Origin: Antedon mediterranea
Lineage: Eukaryota > Animalia > Echinodermata
Length of the DNA: 64,000 bases
NCBI RefSeq assembly: GCF_964355755.1
Contig: NC_092676.1
Location: 8,533,888 to 8,597,887 of the forward strand
Direction: 5' to 3'
In this document: in pieces, positions 24,821 to 38,531 of the stretch
Position numbering within the stretch: the stretch's first letter is position 1
Layout of the letters: every line of letters begins with the position of its first letter
The notes under the pieces: generated by a model
What the model was told of the DNA's origin: nothing
The model's input: the letters and a program-made list of their open reading frames with translations, nothing else
Databases searched by the model: none
Program-made: the position numbers and the translations under genes

Positions 24821-26654
24821 CAGCGCATATTTGATTCAAAATTGGAATAGTTTAGATTCCATTTCGCTCAAGTTCAACCAATTGATCTGCACTAAATAAT
24901 TCATAAACCATCTATCGATTAATTCAAACTCTGCATATGATAATCAGCTCATAAACAATGAGTTACAACTTCCCTTGCGTCTAGGAGCTCAGTGCGATAG
25001 CGCAGCGTGTCATCTAATATCACAATTTATTCTTTTTATGCAAGATATACAACAAATATACGCCCTTAGGTCACCAAATTTTACATTTGTAATAAACGTT
25101 TATTTATTATTAGATCAATGAATATTAATACAATTGTTGAATATATTAATACAAAAGCAGTTTACACGGAATATTAATATAGTAGTTACATAATGATAAC
25201 TCGTTCACAGAAACGAAATACAATAATATAAGCTAATAATTTAGTGTTGCTAATTTAAAAAATGTTTTTTTTAAAGTGTAATAATGTTTTGACGTGTTAA
25301 TGTTTAATTATAAGTGGTGGGTGAACGTGGGCGTGGTAGGGGCGTATTGTTTTATTTTAATCAATTAATTTTGTTTATGAAATATTGCCATAATACAATT
25401 CTAAGGATATTGCCAGCCTTTTCGGTGTCCATGGAAATAAAGTGTCGTCTCCTCCTGAGAGATGCTGATTATTAAGTACGCGGGCGTAACCGGCGTAATC
25501 CGTTGCCCCGACGACGATAATGCTGTTATTGAGGGCGCTATGTTAAAATATTAAATTATGTGAATACAAGTGATTCCTTCTTTACATTTAGTGAGGTTGT
25601 TACGACTCTGTGTAAAACGCCTTTAAAATTAAAAGTATTAATGAAATTGTGGTACGAAATGCAAAATCAAAATTGTGTTATAAATAGTATCATTTATTAC
25701 TGCTTTTGAACTCAATAACAAAATAAAAATCCTCTTAAATAAATCAGAACCATAAAAATTGAATTCAAAATCCAGTCCAGTCCAATCCTCAAAAAATTTT
25801 TTCACTAATTTAACTTTCCAAAGAGCTCTATTTCTTGCTGTATTCATCATTCCATCGATTCCAATCTGATTTTCTTTTATATACAGTATCTTAAGTTCTT
25901 TAAAAAAGATAAATAAACTTGTTTTATGTCTGCCGATTCTACCAGTTTTGGTTGTTTTCTTGCATACGGTCATGCAAGAGCTTCAGAGTGTTTTCGTCAT
26001 TTCGGAGTACTAAATTGCTGGAAATGCATTCTTGTTCTGTTTATTACAATTTCGCAACTGTATTTTCATTCAAGTTATAATAAACAATAAGATCGTTGTA
26101 TTGTCACGATATTATTGCTCTTACTAATCATGACGTAATTTGTTTGGACGTGTGACAATATCATTTTCATCAAAGGAAGCATAAATTATTATTCTATAGT
26201 TCTAGAATGAACATTTTTTATATTTCTTTTGTTTTATGTATGAAAAATGCATATATATAAATTTCTATTTATCGTCAATCGTTATCGTCCTATTGTAAAC
26301 GGGCCTTAAATGTGTCCAGAAGGTGTCCCGTAAATAGGGGTTCTAAAGTACTACCGTAGTACATTTTTTTTACCAAAAATAACTGTTCAATTATTAGATT
26401 AATTTACGGAACATAAAACGGTTAAAATAGAAAAATTAATTCAGAGTTTGAAAAACGTAGGCGTGACAATATTAAAAAAGTTTGGATTTTGTTTGTACTA
26501 TAGAGGGCGACATGTTATTATCCTTGAACATCATGTAGAACCTTGGCTTTGGGTCGCCGTCGTCGTCACTGAGTGCCCAACGTACTGGTAGCGTCCTCAT
26601 AGCTCAGCGACACAACGTAAACAATGAAGTAAGTCAAGATTGAATGATTGAAAC

Positions 26655-26706
26655 ATGTGGAATCTCTTGAGTTTATCATGTTTTACGTGCTGCTGTTTAA
26701 TTTTTG
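26655..26706 (+). CDS. EGF-repeat secreted/surface protein, coding exon 1 (signal peptide MWNLLSLSCFTCCCLIF-)
   Basis: AAACATG start, hydrophobic stretch, phase-1 donor G|GTAAGT. Splices in frame to 38400 giving ...LIFAEG|NSDC, a plausible signal-peptidase site. Confidence 0.75.
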
Positions 26707-28566
26707 GTAAGTAAAAAACATTGTTTAGGAACCATGTTGTTTATCTTACCGACTTGAGTGCTTGTTTTATTAAGAACTTCAACAAGAGACTTTACGTCTA
26801 GTTTGTTGATATCTTCCTTACAAGTTCGTACTGCCTGGCGGATATCCGATCTGCTAACTGCGAAGACCCTAGGGTTATATTTAATTCAACTATAAACTCA
26901 AGATTAACTCCGTATTGTTCTGGGGTATTTTATTATTTAGAAGATTATTGTACTATGTTTGTTTACTGTGTTTTAAGACTTTATCGAAAATAAATGCCAG
27001 TAGAAATGTCGATGTTATGGCTTTGTCAATGTGATTTATGACCTGAAAGTGGATCGTTACTTGTCGCTGCCATCAAGGGACTGATTTGTTTATATACTTT
27101 AACTCTGAACATTTTGTTTTACTGTATCTTAATTTATGTCTTGGGATGTGCAATTTGTCAAATGAGTAGGTATAAGTTATAACCCAGGTTCTGTTCACAC
27201 TTTTCAGAATCGGGGTTGTAGCGAACGCAATTTATAAATGTGACTGGGATTTATGGAATTCAATTTTTTTTTGCTATGGAAGAGGATCTTTACCAATTTT
27301 CTGCTGAATTAACATTGCAAAAACATTCAGATAAAAAAGACATCTCATGTATCAAAATAGGTTTCAAATTATTTAAAAACCTCTACTTTACATCATTCCT
27401 AATAATATAACACCAATTTTCATCAGTTTATGTAAAAAAAAGTGTTTGCCAAAGAAAATATTTTTGAAGAAAGAATAATAACGAATTTCATAAATATGTC
27501 CTGAATTGGCTCTTCGGTGGTGTTCAAACCAGATTATCCATCCCCGCTTTCAAATATTAAAGTAATAGGTGTGCTGTTATGCCCTACTGTAGTTTATTTG
27601 CTACCTACAGTAATGTAGGCCCTACTGGTGTGTATTTTTTTAATGATATTTTACTAATAATTTGGTTTCTTCGAAATTTCTATTTTTGCCATTGTGCACT
27701 TTTATTGTTCTCTTTCATATATATAATAGGTTTGTACTAACTGTGAGGTATCCTTTTCTTTTCTTAACATTGCCCTTTTATCATTGCATAATTTATATTA
27801 ACTCTCAACTAGCCTATTGAATGTAGAAAATACTGTGGAATTCTGTATGACAGCATACTGTACATCACAAATATATATTTTATTGGTTTATTCAGTCAAG
27901 GTATAGGCAGTAGTTGAAATGGATTACTCTAGACAACGGTATCTGTCAGATATACAGTTGTATATAAATTATAGCCTTGATGGTGAACAATAAACAGTAG
28001 CATAAATGAACTACATCACTTCCTATGTATGCACCCAAACTGATTCATTCGTTTAGGGGAGCCCCAAACTGAACTCTCATGGATTTGTTTTCATATTTTA
28101 TACAGTATGGTACTTTGGCGTGGTATATATATATTATTTTAATATTTACTTTAATTATGATATTTAGATTTGATTTTTGAGAATGAAACTTTAAGATGAA
28201 TACAACAAAACAAACGTAACGCAGATTAGTTTTACGCTCAATTGGACATAATTTTCCTGTCTTACAGTCAATTACAATTTCACATTTGTATGCCCAACAT
28301 TGTCAATTATTATTCTATGGGTTGGGTCAAAGTTTACTTCCAGTCATTAATTTACGTCTTGACATGTTCACTCAAGCATGGTATTTCATTCAACCCTGAT
28401 TTGTATACCGCCTTTGAAGTTTATAAATAAAAGTGAACATAAATAAAGTAGGCTTTTTCAAAAGGTGTGTGCAGTGGTACTATTGAGTGGTGTAAACGAT
28501 TTACGTAATCATAGTGTTGATATGTAAATTGGTAAATTTCTTAAAATTTCACTTTAAACAAATGAA

Positions 28567-28905
28567 AGATGTATTGCCTGCTGAAAAAAAATATTTTTTG
28601 TTGAATACAATATGCCATTTATTTTAATGCCACATTGTTATTCACTATGACCAACTTTAAAAAAAAAAATTAATTATTTGGAGAAAAAAGTGTAATTTAA
28701 AGAAAAAAATAGTCAAATTGGCTGCCAGCCAATAGGTTTTTGGTTGAATTTAAATTTGTCTTTTATACTGTAGGTGAAAACATTTTTTTTTTTGGCTTTT
28801 TTTTCCAAGGAAAGTTATTAACTTTATTAAAACTATGAAATGGCTTAATCAAAGTCTAAATTTATCAATCTTCATTTTTCATGTTTTTGAGGAACAATAC
28901 ATTCA
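28567..28905. mobile_element. Kolobok-like MITE (family A), diverged
   Basis: Aligns by eye to 421-764. Confidence 0.7.
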
Positions 28906-29915
28906 TTAATACCACATCCATGAACCAAATAAAAAACGTTAAACGGGGAAAAAATGAACAGCAGTAAACCAATCTTGCCCTAAACAGAGAAAAATGAAAA
29001 CAAATTGTCAAAACATTTAAGAGATGAGAAGCGAGTAGAGTAATTGTTGGTACAAATGCATTTTCCATAATATATTTAAAAAACAAACCAACGAAAATTC
29101 ATAAACATCCCATTTTAAATATTCCCTGAATTATAGACGATACATCAAAAGAAACCGATTATTATTATTGTACAACAACCATTACTTAGTTAGTGCCTGC
29201 CATATGGTGTTGCTACTGTACTGTGGTAGTTTAACTTTTCTGTTTACCATCTGTTTATATTATTTCGATTACAAATATAATGTGACTATTTTTTATAATG
29301 AATGAATTTGTCTTGGGAAAATAAAAACCCTAAACATAAACATATGCAACATTGTTTCAAGTATTTTGTTAAAGATATATTGTCCCCTGAAAAAATGATA
29401 TTACACTTTTTTTGTTGAATATGCCATCTTAATGTCACATAATACAGTAGTTATTCATTTTGACCAAAAACTGGTTTGAAAAAAAAATTATTTACCTGAA
29501 AAAAATGTAATTTTAAGCAAAACATACTTAAATTAACAAATAAACCGTTTATTTTGTCTTATATATTATAAGAGAAATAATTATTCTTTTTGGGTTTTTG
29601 TACGACTGTGTTCAGATCGCATTAACAACGGAATTTATCAAAGTGTTGTGTTAGCTTACATTTTGGGGTAGATTTTACACTACTGCTGAGCATAGAATTA
29701 TACTACTGTTTCTCATTTAATAAATAAACTATTTCTTGTCGAAATGGCTGTGTTATTTTTTTATAGTTTTTCGTGCATAGTGATTTATATTCTTTAGAAT
29801 GGACAAATACTGTAAAGATACAGTACAGAAAGAAATTACAGCTTCATGTCTATGCATAACCTTTCCTAGCCTACGTGTGAGTAGATCGTAGGTCATTGTT
29901 CTCTGTCATGACCAG

Positions 29916-30426
29916 GGGTGGATTGCTATAAAACAGTCTTAACTGATGGTCTTAACTCCCCGATTAAAGCCGGCTTTATCAGATAGACGGTCTTACTAAA
30001 GCCACCCCTGTTAGATCATTGCTATAAAACAGTCTTAGATAAGACCGCATAAACTAACAAATTGAGGGCGTACTTTGCGCGTAGAATACCAAATAAGGTA
30101 ATGTTCGTCACGCTTGTTCAATTCACAATCATAACAGTACGTACATTTCTACGCGAAAAATCTATTCTAGGCTTATATAAGAATAAAATCACCGTTATTA
30201 TTTGATTTAACACTTAAAACTCGTTCAATTGGTTATCTTTGACGATAAATAATACGAAAAGCAACAAAAAGAGAGGTTTAAGACTGTTTTAAGACTCTTT
30301 CGAGTAAGCTTTACAGGTTAGGCCGCGGTATAGCAATGGTCTATAATATAAGACTACTTGCTACGTCACGAATTATAGCCGGCTAAGCGCTAAGACCGGT
30401 TATAGACCGCTTATAGCAATCCGCCC
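29916..30426. mobile_element. PIF/Harbinger-like MITE
   Basis: TIR GGGTGGATTGCTATAA / TTATAGCAATCCGCCC, 3-bp flanks CAG/CAT, subterminal TAAGAC repeats. Confidence 0.7.
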
Positions 30427-30871
30427 CATATCATTTTAAAATCATAGTAAAATTTGATATTGTAATTGTTTAGTATTGAGCAAAAACATTAGATCTACTG
30501 GTATATATTTTACAAAGTTCAAACCCTGGAGAAAATTCTGCAGATTTGGCAACTAAAGTTGCTTTTCTCGACAATAGACTGTACAGTACTATATGTCCTG
30601 TGGAGGAACTGAAACACAATCCACGTCACACACTGTGAGGCTGTGACATCCTGCGGCTTCAGAAGAGTACTCTTAAGAAAAACGCCTAAACGTGAATACA
30701 CATACATGTATTGATGAGCAATGTGTTACATTGGAATACAGTTAAACAGATGAGTCACCAGGGAACTTATGAATGATATTAATAATCAATGCAATTCTGC
30801 TCTTTCTCTTAATAGTATTAAAAGAGTAAATATTTCTGTAATTGTATGTTTAGAGTATAAAATAACATTAA

Positions 30872-31191
30872 AGATGTATTGTCCCCCAAAAACATGAACA
30901 ATAAAAATTAATTAAATCAGACTTTGAATAGATTATTTTGTAGTTTTAATAAAGTTGATCACTTTCGTAGAAAAAAACCCCAATGTTTTCACTTATAAAA
31001 TGACAAAATAAATGGTTAAATTCAACCAAAAACGCATTGACTGGCAGCTAATTTGAATATTTTTTGCTTTAAATTACAGTTTTGCAGGTAAATAATTTTT
31101 TTTGGATCCAATTTTTGGTAATTATGTAACATTAAAATGGCATATTCAACAAAAAATGTTTTAAGAATTATTTTTTCAAAGGAACACATCT
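30872..31191. mobile_element. Kolobok-like MITE (family A), reverse orientation
   Basis: TTAA-AGATGTATTGTCCCC ... CACATCT-TTAA. Confidence 0.75.
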
Positions 31192-31297
31192 TTAAATGTA
31201 CTTTCTTTGATATTTTAATGCTGTTTATTGTACAGTTGATAAACATATCGCTTTTAAATCAAAATTACAATAAAACCTTTTTGGGACACCCTTACTA

Positions 31298-31649
31298 ACA
31301 AGAAACACTAATTGGGGATGCCTCTATACAGTATATAGGGGACAAGAAACACTAATTGGGGATGCCTCTATACAGTATATAGGGGACAAGAAACACTAAT
31401 TGGGGATGCCTCTATACAGTATATAGGGGACAAGAAACACTAATTGGGGATGCCTCTATACAGTATATAGGGGACAAGAAACACTAATTGGGGATGCCTC
31501 TATACAGTATATAGGGGACAAGAAACACTAATTGGGGATGCCTCTATACAGTATATAGGGGACAAGAAACACTAATTGGGGATGCCTCTATACAGTATAT
31601 AGGGGACAAGAAACACTAATTGGGGATGCCTCTATACAGTATATAGGGG
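31298..31649. repeat. Perfect 44-bp minisatellite x8 inside a TACA...ACTGTA MITE (~31266-31718)
   Basis: Unit ACAAGAAACACTAATTGGGGATGCCTCTATACAGTATATAGGGG, all eight copies identical. Right TIR ATAGGGGTTCCACTGTA. Confidence 0.95.
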
Positions 31650-34360
31650 ACACCTCTATATTAGGGAGACACTTTGTTGGTTCCTAAAGATGTCCCATTT
31701 ATAGGGGTTCCACTGTATAAGTCTCCAACTAATAATTGATCATTCAAAATAAAATTTAGAATGAAGATGTATCAAAAACATTAAATTCGTAATGATGTAA
31801 CCAGTATCATATCAATTTATTTAGTGTTTTCTGGTACAAATCTATTTTATTTATTTATTTTTTTAATTTTTAAATCATATAATTTTATTGTAGGACTACA
31901 CTATTGTAAAGGTACACAGTCTATTAATTTTTGTCTTAATTTATTTTCAATCTTTCCTGGAACACGATGTTTTTTCCACGCGTCTTCGTGCATTTTCCTT
32001 CATTCCCTGGTGTCCCATTCACTTATATCTCATGTTTTTTCATTTATTCAAAGAATGTTACACTACAAATGTTATTGAATTAACAAAAAAAATCTTAAGT
32101 GTATTCTAAGTTATTGAATTATTAGTAATAAACTAAAAATGATATTAATCTTTATTTTATTCATATTCAATCAGAAAGGCATCAATATATCAAACACAAA
32201 TATGTATTTCATTTGTAGATAAATTAATTATTCATAATTTGACATGTGTGAGCAACCATGCATGATGTTCCCACATTTTACGTACTGCATCCATGCTAAA
32301 ATGGTATGATTGAATACTGTATGTTAAGGTGTTAAACTGTCAGTGTTGAATTAATGTCTTGTGTTTCACATACATGGATCGGGTTACTAGCCTAGGGTGC
32401 ATAAAATGTGTTGCATTCAATTTTCTGTCCATTACAGTAAACATGGATATTTCCCATTTTCAGTAAATAAAATATTGTGTACATATCATATCTAATTGAA
32501 TATTGGTTTAGTTGGAAAGTGTGGAAATATTATACCGAAACGTATAGTTCTGTCAGTAACACTAATTCAAATTGACACTCCGCTTTAAATAAACGAACCC
32601 CACCCCCTCGAATGAACTCCCCCACATAGAACATCATTTGGAATAGACGCCTCAGACGTTTACTTATTTTCACGAATAAACAGCCCTCAAATAAACGCCC
32701 CACAAACATGCATTTGTACACAATTCTGTATTTGGAACAAATTTCCATTTGTAGTAGAATTCATCGATTGACATGATCTACAATTTTGATACAATTTTTA
32801 GTATATTTTATCACTTCATGATATTAATTATTATTAATATTATTATTTATTCAGGCAAAAGATACATTTATAAAATATATACTAATCAACAAATTAAACA
32901 AACACAACGCAAAAGAAAATATAAATATCTAAGGGCGTATTTATTGAATTTATTTGACACTAAAAAAAAAACTCCCCTGAATAAATGCTTCTCTCTTGAA
33001 TAAACACCCGCACCCACTCTCCTAAACACCATCCTGAATGGTAAATGACCTGGGCATTAATTCGCATAAATATGGTAAATATTATAATGGCATACAGTAC
33101 AACATACAAATATATACAATTATTAAAAATCCCTTTCCTCCACTCCTCACCTCTAGCCCTTTCACCCCACTCCAATTATCCTCTCCCTCATTTTTCTCGA
33201 CACCAGTTGTTCCCCACCGCTTCTGTCTCTACTCCAATCAATTTCCTTTTCCATTTATTTCCACTCTCATTGTGTCCCTTTTCTCCCTTCTTCTTTATTT
33301 CATTCCATTTTGTGATTTTCCCCTGCTGCCCCTTTCAACCCTTTTAACATCATGCTACTGTATCCAGTATCAAATCAAGTTTTAAAATCCAAAATATATT
33401 AAATTACACAATTAAATTTAAGACCTGATCATTAAAAATTCATAAATTAGCTTGCATATTGTAAGTTTCCATCTGGGATTTGTAATTCATTTTTATTTTT
33501 ATAATATCATTAGTTTACTTAGCTTTCTTATACAACTAACCAAATAGAATTATCAATTGTGTAGGCCTACAGTAACTGTATATTGTTTATTTGTACCATC
33601 TTAAAAACAACATTTTAATTAACAGTAATAATACTATAAATAAAATGAATATATTTTCAGATCATTTAGGTCCTGTACAGTAGTTTTTGTTACATACAAA
33701 GGTACTGAGAAATCGATAAAATAAAACTAACAATACCAAATGAACCAACTGTAAGTTATCAGGTGTGGATTTTGGCTCACAAGCTTCCCTTTAACAGATT
33801 AAAGTGACCGTATCAACTACATTTTGATATCTATTTTTGAAAGAATAATATGTATATTAATTATGAAGATAAAATATTGTTTGTTAGAGCTCTCCCGTTA
33901 AAAAAAAATCCACCCTTGATTTGATTCCGCAAGCTTTAAAGAAAAAAAAAATTGACATTGATATTTGTCAATAGATTTAACTATCAATATTTTTAGTCCA
34001 TTTGTTCAGTATTTATCAATTTACTTTAACACAGTGATGTGACCTTTTTTACTTTCTGCTAATTAATTATCAAATATTAGCAAGTAATTTCTCTTAATTT
34101 TAGCCAATGCTGTACTGTAAAAATGTAAATTTAAACTATTAAAAGTGATAATGAGTTGAGTGCAGTATATATCGTCATGGTTACACTGTGTAATTTGAAA
34201 ATTATCTTGTCTGTGTAAACAAGATACTTAAGTACTCTTCAGATGCAACTTGTTTACAATGTGTGTTACTGAATCCTTTTTACAATTAGGTAATCAAAAC
34301 AAAAAATTTATATTCACTGTACGGTCGTTTGTCAGTAATTTTACTTAAAAACTGTTTTTT

Positions 34361-34641
34361 GTTTGATGTCTTTAGGCACATTTGGCCAAGGATTCCAATA
34401 GTAAATTAATCAGTATCCTATCAGATACACTTTGTGAAGCAGTTCAACAGGGTAACCTCCTAATCATTTCTAATGCTGAACACAGGCAAACTGTGTAAAC
34501 TGGACCTATGGTTTATAGTCCTTATCCAAGAAGACTTTGTTCCACCACCAGAACTAGAGTGGGACTGAATCAGCCTCAAACTCCTGCCGATATTCTTTGC
34601 CCTTTAGGTACGGTAAACGGCGCCCCTGCCTTAACTGCTCA
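34361..34641 (-). mobile_element. tRNA-derived Deu/Nin-domain SINE
   Basis: Reverse complement of the 7005-7352 element (GCAGGGGCGCCGTTTACCGTA, GTTCTGGTGGTGGAACA, GGATAAGGACTATAAAC). Confidence 0.8.
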
Positions 34642-37600
34642 AAGTTGGAGAAAACTTCTTTACATTTTTTTAAAAGCTGAATTTATTTTTGGGAATTTTG
34701 CATTTTTAAAAATGTTTATGCATAGTGATGATTGTTGTAATTATTGTATTTTATTGATTTTATCATTGTTTTTAACTTTTTTTTTTTTTGTCTTTTACCA
34801 TTTTTAACTATAATAAAAATTCATGCAATTCAGTTCTTCAGTGATTTTTATTTAAAAAAATAAAGAATACAAATACACAGAATATGATGAATTGTATTTT
34901 TTTACATAATTCAGCATTTTTCCTTTACTGTAAACATATTTTTGGGTTGAGAACAATTTATTTACCTGCATATTCAATTCACTCATTACTCTAAATTCCA
35001 GCTCATATTATAATTAATGTGAGTATGATGTGCTTTGCCACGTACTCAATGCTTCATTAAAGTTTAATCTGTGTCTTGAATCTACCAATTAAACTTAGTA
35101 TTTTCATTACAGTTGTAGGCATGTTAATAACAGAGGTCCTTAATACAGTAATACTGATGTAAACTAAACATGCTTCTCCATTGATTTGTCGTATTCCCAT
35201 AGGAAATTTATCTGTGACGGATATTTGCTTTTCTTTATGCGTAAACTTGCTGGTTTTTCTGACCATATGTCTTTCACACAGAGTATTGTAATTGCTTCTT
35301 CACTACTATTGGAAAAAATTGATGTTGTTATTATCAATGTAGTTGCAGTTTCTTTATCTTTAAAAAAAAAAGAAGAAATCTCATGAAAAAGAAAATAAAT
35401 AATGTGCTACAGTATAACCAGCAGGAGGAAGAGAGAGAGGAAAGGGGAGTTACCAAAAGAAATCATTCCTCCAATTGAGGTTACGTCATTAGTTTTACAT
35501 AAAGTGTGGTTCCCACTGGCAGTGAAACGCAACCTAAGCACCGTAAGAAAATATTTTCCCCTGCCTTCGCTTGGTTGTGCATGAACGTTTAGTTATCGTA
35601 GACTTTAACCTGGTTCTTGCATTGTTGTATGAAATCAAACTGATTTTCTGTAGCGATGTTTGCATCACTGTTGTCGGTTCCCACTTGTTGATACGCAATA
35701 CGGAACTTTACGTTGATATGTTGTTTTGTTGCATTGCATCTTAGTGGGAATCAGGCTTACTGTACACACCTTCAAAGACCCTATTTTTTCATTATTTCTT
35801 TTCTAAACCCTATAAAATACTGTACTGATGAATAAACGTATTTTAAATTTTCTTTCATTCAAGATTCTTTAATTTGGTCCATAATAACAGGAAATTTGAC
35901 TTGTATTTTCGCAATATATAATTTGCTCTCTAAAGTATAAGAATTATGAATTCATCCATTGTACACATTCTAATACTAAAATCAATCACTTGAGGAAAAA
36001 CACCATTGTTATGTGAATATGAACCTTTATATATTTTACTACAGTTAACCCACATCTTTCTACTTTAGACTAATAACAATTTATGAGCTAATTTAAAAAA
36101 ATGAGATGTACGGCAGTGTTAAATAATAATATAGAAAGTCAGAGTTATTGTAGTAATCTGGAATATACTGATAATATTCCTAAGAGACTATTCCACACAT
36201 TATCCCAAAGGTCCGTTACATATTTTGATGTTCCATCTGGGACAACAAATTGTCTTTATATGAAAAAAACATGTGATGTTAAATTTCTTGGGATTAAGGT
36301 CATAGCAACCTAGTTTTTATTATCTTTTTATTGTCATGGGAAATATCTTTTTTTTATAAACACATTTTTTCTCCTTCAATATAGCAATGGAAAATAGTAA
36401 TTTCTGTATTTTTTAAGCATATTTTTAGGTAACTGAAATATTGAAAATAATACTGACTGTCTCTTCTTTATTTGATTATTGAAGTACTACTATAAAACAA
36501 ATTGAAAAAGCTAAAGCTACAGTAAAAAGAAATTTTTCATTCAAAATTTATATTTTTTTCTGTTAAGTTCTTCAAAATTACATGTTTTTGTAAATTTACC
36601 TTTTTTCAATGCTTGTTCCTTAAAATACAGTTTTAATGTTACAAATTCTTATATTTTAGGATAAACAGTAAACTTTTTTATAACCTTGATTTTGCCTTTA
36701 TCAACAATACCATAAATATGTATAAACTAATACATAAATATATCAAAATGTGTATTGTAGATGCTATAATAAGTATACTGTAAGCCACTGTGTCCATTAT
36801 ATAATCCCTTGGTGTGTCCACAAACAAGATTTACTACTTTACTTGTAGTCTACTGTACATTGTTACATTCAGGCTGAATGCGTGATAACACGTTTCCATT
36901 CCCTATGGCAACGTGAATGGTTGAAATTACTACTTGTATTGGTTTTAACAAGTTTGTAACAGATTTGAACTATTCGGCTTACATATCCTTTGACATAGTG
37001 TTACAGTACGGTAAATGATTGTTCACGTTGTGTCTGTTAAGAGGCGTGGAACTGATTGTGTCGCAGCCAAAGATAAACTCTTTGATCTCCGGAGATCAGC
37101 GTCCTGATTGCCTTGATATAAACAGCAGGGTCCCCATAACTGCTGCAACATCAACAGTTTTAAATGAAAGATAGTTTTCGGCGTGCCACTGCCTTAAACG
37201 CTCGGCCACTCAATACATTTTTTTATGAAGAAATTATTTCAAAATTGCACCAAATTTATCATATTTTGAAGATTTTCACGCATTAAATACCACTGTACAC
37301 ATTTAAGACATAGAAGACACCACTACAAAAGGTTTTCAATCGAAAAAGCAGCCCAATAAAGCGAACACTGACATTTTATTTTTACTAGAGCCACAGTGCT
37401 TACTTTGATCATCAGGACTACTTTGTATTATACTTGATAACTTTGTCTTAAACCATGTTGATTACACTTGAGATTATATGACAGTTGTTATGATATAGGT
37501 TACAGATTGTATGAAAAAACAATTTAGGTTAATCGGTATGTAAGACAGTACAATCATGCTAAACTCTTTAATCTTAATTATCCAGCAACTCATCTATTAT

Positions 37601-38399
37601 CAATATTAATTCTAATGAAACATTAAACTTGCATAATCTTTTATCACAAGATCGCGTGACTCATTTAAATGCTTGTGGTGTTGCTATACATAAAACCTTG
37701 GTAGTATTTTTTCCCTGTATATTATCTTCTAAAAATTTCATAAATCCAAACATTTAAATGCAAATTATTTCCTTAAATATATAATTCTAAATTATCTGGT
37801 CCCATTTTATTCAATAACCTGCTATCTACAATTTCATTCAATTTTTAAAGAATAAAAATGAATGGATGTGAATTTGTTTTATTTATTTAATTGTGACACA
37901 AACAGAGTATTTGTTACAATATGGCATCCTATAATATTGCAGTAAGCCAGCGAATGGTGTTATAGTATTACTGTACTGTATATTCCCAAAAAAATAGGGG
38001 GTGGGGTGGGGAGGATGCTAAATATTTTATAAATAATAAATGATCCATCAGGTTGCATACAAATAAAAATAATCATTAATTTATTTTACAAAGACATAGC
38101 TGAAAAATGTTAGGTGGGCTAAAGCCTGTTTAGCCGCCTGTCTAAATCCGACCATGGCTGGAATTATATTTAAATTGAAGGCAATTCGAAGTCATTTGTC
38201 TGAGTTAAGGGGTAGCCTAAATTAGGGAGAATTGGGTGCGATTGTACTTATTTTTTGTTTGATATGATTATTTTTAACACACAATATTCAGTATAAAACA
38301 AATATACTCTAATGTTACCAAATGTCAACTATTACGACCAACCTGGGACTGTTAAAAGCTCATTATTAATGTTCGTTTCTACTTGTTTTTATCTAATAG

Positions 38400-38531
38400 C
38401 CGAGGGCAATAGTGACTGCTACCCTGACCTTTGTGCTAATGGAGGCAGTTGTATACGAACGGGGCTAGAGGAGGCCAAGTACAAATGTATCTGCCAAATA
38501 GGCTGGCAGGGAGAACTCTGCCAACAGAAGG
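38400..38531 (+). CDS. EGF-repeat protein, coding exon 2 (EGF-like domain 1)
   Basis: TAG| acceptor, (A)EGNSDCYPDLCANGGSCIRTGLEEAKYKCICQIGWQGELCQQK with 6-Cys EGF spacing, G|GTAAGT donor; 132 nt, phase 1-1. Confidence 0.92.

Noticed and set aside
31298-31649. CRISPR-like array
   Set aside because: Units are contiguous and identical with no unique spacers, there are no cas genes, and the context is a eukaryotic intron
33130-33350. Pro/Phe/Ser-rich ORFs (33038-33385)
   Set aside because: Low-complexity CT-rich sequence
38312-38399. N-terminal part of the 75-aa ORF as a signal peptide for the EGF domain
   Set aside because: It is the intronic pyrimidine tract before the TAG acceptor at 38399; a better signal exon with matching phase exists at 26655
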